NCBI GenBank assembly: GCA_000934665.2
Contig: KZ538492.1
Span: forward strand, 1 to 64,000
DNA from: Catajapyx aquilonaris
Taxonomy: Eukaryota
Direction: 5' to 3'
Length of the DNA stretch: 64,000 nucleotides
The translations under genes were made by a program, and so were the position numbers. The first letter of the stretch is position 1. Every line of letters starts with the position of its first letter. The notes under the pieces were generated by a model that did no database searches, was not told the origin of the DNA, and was given only the letters and a program-made list of their open reading frames with translations. This document shows, in pieces, positions 53,051 through 64,000 of this stretch.

Positions 53051-56000
53051 ATGTTGAAGAGAGGTGGTGAGTCCCAACATGTGATCATCGAAGATGGTGC
53101 CTTGAACCAGCACCCACTGCCACTGCCTCCTCTATCATCGTCACTGCTGCGTCGTCCACTACAGTCACTGCCACTAGTTCTGCTTGTGGTGTTCCTGGTG
53201 GTGGTGGCTCCTCTGAAAGCATCTGCAACCTCATCTTTGCAGAATTACAACAGGTGTCTCGCAGACATTGATGGTGAGTGAGCCTCCTTATCCTACAGCA
53301 TTAGGGTTTTATGACTTTTTTCTATTGCTCAATGCAGAAGTTAGACCACAACGATATGTGTACCTGGACAGCGCCCTTCATTTGAACTTAGAGACCTCCG
53401 ACCGACTGAGCCATCGCTTATCCACCGAAGTTCTGGCCATCTTTCTTCGAGAGAGGCTTGGGTACACAGACGTAGCAATCGTTCAGCGTCCAGACCCAGA
53501 CTTCAACGCCACTGCCATTTTCCACAGGCTCTCTGGACTACATTCTGCTAATAGGTTAGCTGCATTCAATACTGAGTGATAATGGGTGTCGTCTGACATG
53601 TGATGATTGAATATATCAGTTGCTGGTGAGGCTGTTTAAGGTCTCTCTGTAATACGCACTACCTGCTATTTACAGGCAGAGAGTATTGTAGTTCCTTTTT
53701 ATGGGAGGTATTTAGATTGGAGAATTTTTTATGGCTGCTACAATGCCCATTTCTAGGCTGTAAATTGAAAGATGCATCTCGTATCATTGACATTGACAGC
53801 ACATTCTTGGCCCATGAATATTTGGAACATGAAGAAATCCCAAGCTGACTTTTCTCCTTTCCTGGTAGCAGCATTCCAGACGCAATGGTTAACCTGGAGG
53901 TGTGGCTGCCTCCAGGCCTCGACACCCGTCACCAACCAACTGCTAACCACATAGAGCTGTGTGGCTTGCTGGGACCTGCAGGCAGGCTGGGATGGTTTCT
54001 GCCGGAGAGACTGGCCCCGCCTCAACTCCACAACTGGAGGGACTTGCAGAATCCAGCAGTGTCATCCCTCCTGAGGCCCTCTCCGGCAATCCATGGTGCT
54101 TTCTGGGCGGACCTTACCAGGCTTGCACTCAACCACTCCTCAGGAGGGTATTTCTGCCAAGAGTCTTTCTGCTTCAACGGGACATTTACTCCACCGAGCT
54201 GCAGGGTAATTCCGGAGGAGCCAATGGCACCTGAAGGAGGACCTTGTGCTCTTCTTTTGGCTGATTACCCTGGTAGGTCACTGAGATGTGAACAGAAAGT
54301 TTTGGGGAGTGCCAATTTTAGAGAAGCTAAGGTACAGGTTCTAACTGTGGGCTTTGAACTGACCTATAATAATTCAGGACCATTGAGGTTTTATTACGAT
54401 TTTCTTGTAGCTAAAGCTGACAAAGAGAACTGTAGTTTTTTTCCCTCGCCTCCAGCTATACAGCATTGCAATCCTAGCAGCTAGATAATACAGTTTCAAG
54501 GTCTAAGCTTGCCTTCAGTATGTTTGGGATTATTAAAAGCAAATATTGATAACAGAAATCAAAGCCTGGAATAATTTTAAAATCAATATGGAACTATTGC
54601 TGAATAAGAAATGTTGGAACATTATCCATATCCGCTTGCAAATCAAGATCGAGTGGCTATTGGCTTGTTGCCAAGGAAAATTGCCCAATGATTCGGGACT
54701 TCCCCACTTGTGATTGCAGGTTACTTCATGCTGTTTTCAGTATGATAATATCGTTTTATATAGTTTCCATTTAGAAGAGCATGAAATATGCATTATTGGA
54801 TTGCCTGATGTGCCTCGTTTACCAAGGATGAGAAATTGCTGCCAGCTTGCTACACTTTACTCAGGCTAGCCTTGGGTGTTTATGAGATAAGATTGGCAGG
54901 ACTGCCTTGCCCACGGGAGGGAGCATAACAATGCTCTGCCGAGTTTCGGCTCGTTAGATTAAACGACTTCATTATACCTGCCATGAAGCTAAATAAAAGT
55001 AAAACTGGATTACATGCAAGCACATGTTGAAAATTTTTGCTGGCATGTCTCATGGAGTTGTTAACATGGCCCATTTCTGAAAATTGCTATGTTGATTTAT
55101 TACAAGTCACATACACTATTGTCCTTCAAGTGTTTGTGTAGCTATAAGGGCATGCATTGTGCATTTCCTGTGATATAATTTTTCCTTTACTTCCTGGTCA
55201 TCTTTCTCAATGCATTGGTTGCTTTGTTTCAGAATCAACCAGGTACCTTTGGAGACAGATAGAAGATCAAGGCCTGTTGGTGCAAGTGGTCTGGGTGGGT
55301 CCTCACCTGGAGAGCGTGGTCAAGCGCTGGTTGTTGGGAGGAGGTGGAGGTGACGTTGTCTTCATGTTCCTGGGATGGACCCCAAGCGAGTTGGTCCCAG
55401 GTGCTAACCCCTACCCGACCACTGAACCTTTCCCCACCGTTGGCCCTTTCCCTGGTGCCAGTCCCTACATGGAGCCGCACCCCTTTCCAGTAATCCCAGA
55501 ACCTATGAGAATGGTTGAGCAGCTTCCGTGTGGGAGCTATTTCCGGAGTGACTGGCAGGGTGGGGAGGAAGAGTACGGAGAGGGTAGAGGGGGACCAATC
55601 TCATCGCTAGGAGGAGAAATAGGCGAAGAGTGGCAGTGCAGGTATGAGCTGCGGCGTCTTGAGAAGGCATCATGGGCAAGGTTGAAGCAAGCTGCTCGGC
55701 CTGCATATGAAGCAGTGCACCGTGTTTCCTTCTCCCCGATGGAGTATGCAAGACTGCTGAGCATGTATGCTGAAGAAGATCCAGAGCTGCCAGATCGAGT
55801 TCGGGTGTGGTCAGCTGCCTGCAGGTGGATGCAAGATCCAGAGCATCGATTAATCTGGCGTAACTGGGTGCCTGAACTCTCCACACGAGAGGAGATGTAC
55901 ATTGGAGGCATCTTTCCCATGAGCGGATCACTGATGGCACGTGGAAAGGGAATCGCCCTTGCGGCTCGAATGGCTGCCAATGCAGTGAATGCCAATGACA

Positions 56001-59000
56001 CCGTGCTGCGTGACTATCACTTACGTTTGTGGGTGCAGGATGGACAATGCAGTGCTGACAAAGTGATGCACAGCTTCATTGATTACATTCGCCGATCCAA
56101 TTTCAACACGATGGCCGGCATCCTGGGACCAGCATGCTCTGACACACTGGAACCCTTGGCTGGTGTATCACGTATATACTCAACAGTGGTCATTAGTTAT
56201 GGAGCAGAAGGGTCAACGTTTTCAGATCGCGACAAATACCCGTATTTCTTCCGAACAATTGGTGAGAACAAGCAATACCGTCATGTGTACATGCAGCTGC
56301 TCCATAAATTAGGATGGGAACGTGTTGCTTCATTGACTGAGGATGGGCAGAAGTATGCTGAGTACTTGTCGCATCTGCAAGACTTACTGCAAGCAAATGG
56401 GGTTGCATTTGTTGCCAATCGCAAGTTCCCACGTGAGAGACTCTCTGCATCTTCCGCTGCAATTAACATGTCACAGTACCTTGAGGACCTTCGATCAAAA
56501 CGAGCACGGGTCATAATAGCTGACTTGTTTGACCGTGCAGCACGTGCTGTGATGTGCCAAGCATACCTACAGCACATGACGATGCGTGAAGGATACGTCT
56601 GGTTTCTGCCATCATGGTCTGATCCAGAATGGTACGACACTGACAGGTACAACGGACCACCAAGACTCGAGGGTGTCCCATGCAACACTTCCCAGATGGT
56701 GCAAGCCATTAATGGCCACCTATCACTGACCCAAGCCAGCTACGGGGATGACAACCAGATGATTCAAGAGCCAAACATGACAGTGCGTGACTGGAAAGAG
56801 AAATACCAAACAGAATGCAGGTATGCACCAATACTACCAAACTAATAATCCACATGTTTAATGCTGCTCCTCTTCTGTTGGCAGAAACAATGGGGTGGAC
56901 CCATCCGACTATGCTGGATATGCGTATGATGCTGTGTGGACCTATGCGAAAGCCCTGGACAACCTCCTGGAGCTCAACAGGTCCTTCGCAGCCAACCTTC
57001 ACTCTGAAAATGCCACAGCACAACTGGTCAGAATCATCAATGAGACTGACTTCATGGGAGCTTCGGGACACATCAGGTTCTTTGGTGGGCCGTCCAGGTT
57101 GTCAACCATCAATGTGCTGCAGTGGGTCAACAACAGGACCAATAAAGTTGGCATCTTCAGGCCAAGGCTGACTGAGGATGGAAGGGAGGCTGCCATCGAA
57201 GGAGGAGAGTGAGTACATGTTGTAACAGTAGTTTGTGAAGTGCACCTTTTGCAACTAGATGTAATGTGCCTTGGTTTTCAGATTGCAGTTGAACTTGTCA
57301 GCCTTGGTTTGGCTGACTCCGGATGGGCAGAAACCGGACGATGGGCGAGAGCCACCTTCCAGATGCGTTTTAGAGGGCTTGGCTAACTTCCTCAACGTCG
57401 ACTGTGAGGTGGCCATTGTGGTAGTCAACATAGTGGGCTTTGGAGCATTGGCCATCATTCTCTTCATCTGCTTCGTGGTGGTTAAGAGAAAGTAAGTTGC
57501 CTTCATTCACATTTGAAATTAATTTTTTTAGTTGAGTTAAAATTTGTTGTACAGCATTTGCGAACCAGTTGAATATCCTGCTTTTTGTTTGCATTGGCCA
57601 GGTTAAAATTGTTTTAAAAAGCTGATGGTGCAAATTGGTTGACTGAAGTACGTTTAGGCAGAACTCTTGTTCAATGATTGACCCAATATCTCTTCATCGC
57701 AGGTATGACCGCAAGGTACAGGCTACTCGTGACTACTTCCGCTCTCTCGGCATTGACTTGGAGTCAACCACAAGCCCTGGCTCCTTGGACAAATGGGAGA
57801 TTCCTCGTGAGAGGGTTGTCATCAACCGCAAGCTTGGAGAAGGTGCTTTTGGCACTGTGTATGGTGGTGAGGCTTCTCTTCAGGAAGGTCAAGGATGGGT
57901 GGCAGTGGCAGTCAAGACTCTCAAAGTTGGGTCATCTACTGAGGAGAAGCTGGATTTCCTCAGTGAGGCGGAGATAATGAAACGGTTTGATCACCAGAAT
58001 GTAGTGCGCCTGCTGGGCGTGTGCACCAAGAGTGAGCCTGTGTACACTATCATGGAATTCATGCTGTATGGTGATCTAAAGACATACTTGCTGGCCCGTC
58101 GACATTTGGTCAACCAGGCAGATGGTGAGGAAGAGTCAGATGAGGTATCTGCCAAGAGACTTACTGGAATGGCACTTGATGTTGCTCGTGCCCTCAGCTA
58201 CCTGGCTGAGTTGAAATATGTGCATCGTGATGTTGCCTGCAGAAACTGCCTTGTGCATGCAAGCCGTGCAGTCAAACTTGGGGACTTTGGCATGACAAGG
58301 CCGATGTATGAGAATGATTACTACAAGTTCAACAGGAAGGGGATGCTTCCGGTGCGATGGATGGCACCCGAGTCGTTAGGCCTTGGGATATTCTCTCCCA
58401 TGTCGGATGTCTGGTCCTTTGGGGTTCTTCTGTACGAAATAGTCACATTTGGTAGCTTCCCATTCCAGGGGCTAAGCAACAATCAAGTGCTGGAACATGT
58501 GAAGGCAGGAAACTCCCTGTGTGTGCCGCAGGGGGTGAAGCCACAGCTGGAAGGGATGCTGAGGTCATGTTGGAGCGTGAATGCGCAGAAGAGACCACAT
58601 TCATCAGAACTGGTTGAGTACCTGGCAAACAGTCCCAGGTTGGTCTGTCCCTGCTTGGACGTGCCGTTATCTTCAGTGCAAATTGAGGGTACAGATCAGC
58701 TTGAGTTGAACCTGAGTGAGAAGACTCGCAAGTGTTCAGTGTCAGTTGGGGACGTGGGTGGGAGTGGGAATGTTGCTGCCACCAGCTCCGCTTCCACAAA
58801 CTTGCCGCGATCGGACGACGCAACCTCAGTTCCTCTCCTGGAAAACGGTGGCCACTCCAGCCGTGCTGGGACCTCGGTGAGGGACCCCCTCCTACCTCCC
58901 ACCTCCCCCTCCAACCCGGTGTTCATTAGGCCGCATCGGCCATCCTCGCCAGACTACAGCAAGGAGTTGCTGCTGCACAACAACCCTCACCACACCCCAA

Positions 59001-59041
59001 ACAATCCACACCACAACTCGCAAGCTGTCAGCCTCCTTTAG
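53051..59041 (+). CDS. VKR: Venus kinase receptor (Venus flytrap ectodomain + TM + insulin-receptor-like tyrosine kinase), ~1434 aa, seven coding exons
   Basis: Exons 53051-53273, 53338-53554, 53869-54272, 55233-56820, 56885-57208, 57282-57491, 57703-59041 (4305 nt, all GT-AG, phases consistent). Hydrophobic leader LPLVLLVVFLVVVAPL; ANF/GABA-B-like VFT motifs YIGGIFP, GPACS, ISYGA...SDRDKYPYFFRT, YAGYAYDAVW, F.GASG.I.F; TM VAIVVVNIVGFGALAIILFICFVVV; kinase motifs GEGAFG, VAVK, HRDVACRN, DFG, MYENDYYK, LPVRWMAPE, SDVWSFG. Confidence 0.95.
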
Positions 59042-59752
59042 CAGGAAGTGTGTCACCGTAATCATGTCTAGTCAAAGCAACTCCAGTCCTAAAAAAACAC
59101 ATTTTTAAAAATATACCGGTGTTGATGAGTGTTTACCAGTGTGCGGAGGTGGGCTAGTGATCAAAGACCGCTTCTCATTTAAAAATATTTTGTCATTTTT
59201 GTCAAGGTTGTAAAAGCTGCAACGCGTCACTGTCATATGCCAAACATCCAACTCGGATAGACTTGTACTAACTTGTGTTCAGAGACTACTTTTTCCCCCC
59301 TCCATTCACCTTGCCCACCTCCAGGAAATATTAATTGTGCACACAGGAAAGTAGTGAACGAACAAAAATGTTTTCACGCATTGTAATAATTGTATAGTAT
59401 GGTACAATACCTCTCCCTGATTTGATATGCTGTAACAATATAATTATTATTGTGAACAATTTGCAAATTTTATTCGCGTCTCACCCGCAGGAACGTTCAA
59501 AAGGATTCAAGAGCATCAGAGCATAGACCAAGGTTTGTTCATACGTCTCATATCTTGACATTCAAAGACTGGACGGTTAAATACGGGAGAATTTCACTTC
59601 AGTTTCAGAACTGGGCCAAAAATAATGGCAAACCGCCAAACCGTTACACTGCTGGCGAATGTAAACGCGATTCTGGAGAGCAGTGATTATACCAAGCAGT
59701 GATCTTTTGGTGATTAGCTGCGCTTTTTTCTGCCCGCCGATTCAGATCAAAG

Positions 59753-62700
59753 ATGGCGGCCGCCAGTTGGGCGGGAGGGGCACGCTGCCTCCTCCTCCTC
59801 CTCAGGGCCTTCTGCCTCTCCCTCCCTTCCCTGCTTCTGAGGCACGCTGCTGCAGCGGAGGCGGGCCAGGGCCGGCAAGGCTGCAGCACCAGCACACTGG
59901 CCCTGAACCACACCGGTGGGCACGAGGACCTGGGTCAGCTCAAAACCCCCCCCACGAGCATAATAACCAAGCCCTATTTCATATAATTAATAATTGCAGC
60001 AATCCCTTGCACTTTGCAGGCAGCCACTCCACAGGGACTGGCATGATGACGCACCGCCAGGGATTTGCCCCTGCCTCCACGTTGGACCTCAGCGGCAATG
60101 GGACTGGTGGCGGTGGCGGCCTGTGGTGGGAGGCACTGATGATGGTAAGGCGGTTGAAATAGGGGGATTGGTACTGCCAAAATATTAGAGGAAGGTAATT
60201 CACTGGTTCCAAACATACCCCTAGCCTGCAATGATCATTTCAAAGGCAAATTACTAGTTTACTCAGGAAATCCTTGCATAGTTTCCAGAAATAATTTGCA
60301 AAGGTCTGTCTAGATTTTGAAGAACTGTCCTGACGACAAAGCTATGTCATTATAAAAATTGTACTTCGCTGCCGAGATCCAAGGGAAAGAAGTTGATTTC
60401 AAGCAAAAATTTGCAATATGCTGGCCTTTGGCCCCAATTGACCAATTTCCAGATGCGCGCCTCGCGCAGCCAATTTTGGCTTGCCCATCAAGATGGCGGC
60501 GAAATGAGTGCAGAGGCGGGACTTCCCAATCCCTGCCCATGTTAAATGGCCTCTGCTTGCTCGCGTCTGGGGGTCTGGCCCCGGGGCAGATCTTGTTGAC
60601 ATATTTTTTTGTGGAGTGAGGAGGTTCCTGGCCTGCCCTCACCAGGCCCCTGGGCGGACTGCCCTCGGAGTGATTTTGTGAGTACGAGCTTGGCGGAGCT
60701 TCTCATTATATATCCCGTCTCTTTTACTTATTGTCCGCGCGACCGCGTCGGATGGTTTGGCCCCGGGGCAGATCTTGCTGGTTATTTTTTTGGAGTAACC
60801 AGAGACCGGACCTTCCCTTACCACGTGCCTGAAGTGAATCGGCCCCGAGGCGAAGTGCCCCCGGACTCGGAGTGATTTGGTGACCGTGCTTTTCTCATTA
60901 TTTATTATCAAGTTATTATCTATAGGCTCCGATTAATTGTCCGCGTCTGGTGGTTTCGCCCCGGGCAGATCTTGCTGAGAAGTTTTTAAATGGTTCCACT
61001 AATTTCATAAATTAGTGTCACATTTTAGACTCCCAGCATTAATTTCATAAATTAGTGTCACATTTTAGACTCCCAGCATAACAGAACTGTTGCAAAAATA
61101 TGCACGTATAGGCCTACGGTATACCGGTACCGGTATACGGTACATTCGTATTGCAATCATTTATTAGAATAAATGACAGATTTTTTTTAAATGAGCAAGC
61201 TACAAACTTACACAAACATAGTCAAAAGGGTTCATCCTCAGCAAGATCTGCCCCGGGGCCAAACCGCCAGACACGGACAATCGGAGCCTAGACATATATA
61301 AAAAAAGCGCGGTCACCACTACATAAAACAAAATCACTCCGGGTCGTGGGGCACTTCGCCTCATGGCCGATTCACTTCAGGCACCTGGTAAGGGAAGGTC
61401 CGGCCTCTAGTTACTCCAAAAAAAATATAACCAGCAAGATCTGCCCCAGGGCCAAACCATCCGACGCGGTCACGCGGATAATAAATAAGAGACGGGTATA
61501 ATGAGAAGCTCCGCCAAGCTCATACTCACAAAATCACTCCGGGGCAGTCCGCCCGGGGGCCAATTAACTTTTGGAACCTGGTGAGGGCAGGCCAGGAACC
61601 TCCTCACTCCACAAAAAAATATGTCACCAAGATCTGCCCCGGGGGGACAAGCTGAAGAGGCAGGTGGGAGGCAGGAGGGAGGGAGGCTGAAGAGGCAGGG
61701 AGCAGATGGGAAGGCTCTCCACCGTTCCTAAGGAACATTATGAAGAAGTTGGGTTTCGGTACAAAATTACAATGAGGGCCTGGTTGCAGCTCATCGAATT
61801 GAATTCCTGGGGGTGATTAAAGAGGCCAGTGAGGAGGCCAACCCATGACCCAGAATATACATGGACGAGCTGTGGATCCAAATGTATGACAAAGCCAGGT
61901 TGGGACCAGTGCAGCAAACCAGAAAAATTCAGGTGGAAAGGGATGACCAATTATTCTGGAGTGACATTAGGCTACGGAAACTTCAAAAGATTCACATGCT
62001 TTCAGAGGTCAAGTTTCCATGTGTTTCACAGTTGTTACATAATGACAAATTCTGTTGCGGTGAGAAGAATTTGAACACTGTTACTAAGAGAGTTTTATTT
62101 TGTTCGCAGGATGATGAATACTTGATGCCAGCTGTAGGGGCAACAATATCAGTGGTCATTGGCACTGCTCTGGCCTGCTGGCTGCTTTCCAAGCTCTTGC
62201 ATGGTCATCCACCCCAGAGGAGCCCACACATGTCACCACAAGCACAGACCTTGCATCAGAAGAAGTCCTCGTGGACCACATCCCTGCCTCCACTATTCAC
62301 TCAGAGTGGGCAGGTCAAGGCAGCCAACCCATCGTTCTTCCCTTCTCTTGATGAGTTGCAGCAGCTACCAGCTACTAGCAATGATGAGCTAGAGCAGCTT
62401 GACAGTGATTACTCAGGTGGTCCTGCCAGTCTGCTGAGTAAATGCAGGATTGGCCGAATCAACACACAAGCACAGTGTCCCGAGAAGAGTGGGACACATC
62501 GTCCATGCCTGGAAGATGAGCTGGATAGGCTGAGCTTGAAAGACTTTGACGAGGAGTGTGCTTCTTCCAGGTCCACTCCCTCAGCCGACCACTCGTCTGT
62601 TGGGAGCCAAGCCTCTTTCTGGCACTCCAGGTCAGTAATTTTAACCATTGCTTTCCAATTATTGACATTCAGTCTCAGAGTGCATTTAACAGCCAATGTT

Positions 62701-63322
62701 GCTTAGGCCTCAGCCGTGTCCATCACCCGCACAGTCATCGCCTGGAGGTTGGGGAAGCAGTGTTTGCCCTCCAAGACTCCATATTTTCAGTGGGACTGTG
62801 TCGACAACCATGAAGCTGGGTGCTGCAGCCTCTGTCTGGAGTGAAAAGTATTCTCTGCCCAGCCAGGCTCTCCTAGGGTTCCATCCATCGTCCTCTCCAG
62901 CATCTTCCAGTGGCTTTCATTCCCTCAGCTCTTCCACATCATTAGGCAGCTGCCCGGGAGGGATTTGGAGCTGGAGGGAGGGGAGGGGCGGCCTTCAGCA
63001 TCACAGCAAGAAGCACTGCCATTGCCACTGCCACTGCTGTTGTCACATGTTGCCTTCCAAGGAATGGAATGAGTGCCAAGATTCAGGCGCGGACAGTGTT
63101 GATTCAGATAGGGAAGACGTGCAGTGCAAGGGAAGGAAGAGAAGGGAACGAGGTAAGCGGCGGAAGGGTAGAAATTGGAGTGTAAACGCCCTTCTCCTGC
63201 TTGTCACCGTGGCCAACTTGGCAACCTTGCTGTGCCTTCTTCATGTCCTTTACCTGCCGGAGTCACCTTTTAAGGCTGCTCAGTCGTCCAGTCATCAGCA
63301 CAGAAGGGAGACATTTGGATAG
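59753..63322 (+). CDS. Uncharacterised membrane protein, ~480 aa (signal peptide, TM1, long Ser-rich loop, basic cluster, TM2)
   Basis: AAGATGGCG start context. Exons 59753-59933, 60020-60144, 62110-62630, 62707-63322 join in frame (1443 nt) through GT-AG introns of phases 1, 0 and 2. Hydrophobic segments CLLLLLRAFCLSLPSLLL, AVGATISVVIGTALACWLL and VNALLLLVTVANLATLLCLLHVLYL. No family recognised. Confidence 0.7.
60579..61644. mobile_element. Foldback-type element: ~400-bp inverted arms built from sub-repeats
   Basis: Arm 60579-60979 is a close reverse complement of 61237-61644. Each arm carries three copies of CCCCGGG(G)CAGATCTTG. The spacer holds a perfect 40-bp tandem duplication (61000-61039/61040-61079). 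Confidence 0.9.
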
Positions 63323-64000
63323 TAAGTCAGGTTTGTATGCCTGTTGCGCTTTCATGATATTGCATGTGTTTGTGTCCTTGTCAGCCACATAGAAGTGTTC
63401 AGTTTTGCTCAAAAAGACAAAAATTGACTATTTTGGATGCCAATTAATGCCTCAGAAAATGACTGTTGTGCAGGAATGGTTTAAATCTTGTAACAATGGT
63501 GTTCAGCTTTACACTGTGTACCAGCTTCGTGAGTAATTATGTATGTGACAAAAGTTAAAGGAGTGAAACAAAAAGAGAAATTTCCCTTGATTTATTTCCA
63601 AACATTCTTTCTTGGACAAAGGAAGGTTGCTCTAACCGTGAACATGGAACTTGGGTAGTGATGTCCCTAGTCATTTTTTGAGAAAGTGAAAGTCATTGTT
63701 GCTCTTGCAATGGGAGTACCAAATTTCTGATTGCACTGCTGTTGCACTGTGGTATGCTTTTCAGGTGGAAAGGTAAGGGTAGTACTCCAGTTTTGCTTAT
63801 TACACAGAAATTTTTGAAAGTTGTACATTGCTGTAGTTGCAAACAGGGAATGCTAAGCTGTCACAGGTCTTTACACCTCAGGGCGTTTCTGCCTCAGCCT
63901 CGAGGTGTCCTCACCTCGCTCCCATCGCTGGCTCCAGGATCTGCAGGCCCCCTGATTCACTTAAGCATAACTTGGCACCTCTTTCAGGCACTCCCATGCC

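Noticed and set aside
61000..61079. Direct repeats considered as a CRISPR-like array
   Set aside because: Only two abutting 40-bp copies with no spacers, in a eukaryotic intron.

Overview
Eukaryotic genomic DNA, most likely from an insect or other arthropod (spliceosomal GT-AG introns, Venus kinase receptor, Big brother-type CBF-beta); the species cannot be determined from the sequence. Five protein-coding genes were reconstructed by hand with phase-consistent splice junctions: (1) the last four exons of a katanin p80 con80-domain gene (+, 764-2884), mostly missed by the ORF track; (2) Big brother/CBF-beta (-, ~19631-36337); (3) a C10/C12orf57 homologue with long low-complexity extensions (-, 43263-44365); (4) a 1434-aa Venus kinase receptor (+, 53051-59041); (5) an unidentified ~480-aa signal-peptide, two-TM protein (+, 59753-63322). 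Introns and intergenic DNA hold TIR/MITE and foldback elements (some nested), two tRNA-derived SINEs and microsatellites. The most interesting observation is that the VKR ectodomain seems to carry a second ligand-binding module, a glycine-betaine-binding (OpuAC/ProX-like) type-II periplasmic-binding-protein-like domain, ahead of the canonical Venus flytrap domain. All family assignments come from remembered motifs, not database searches.
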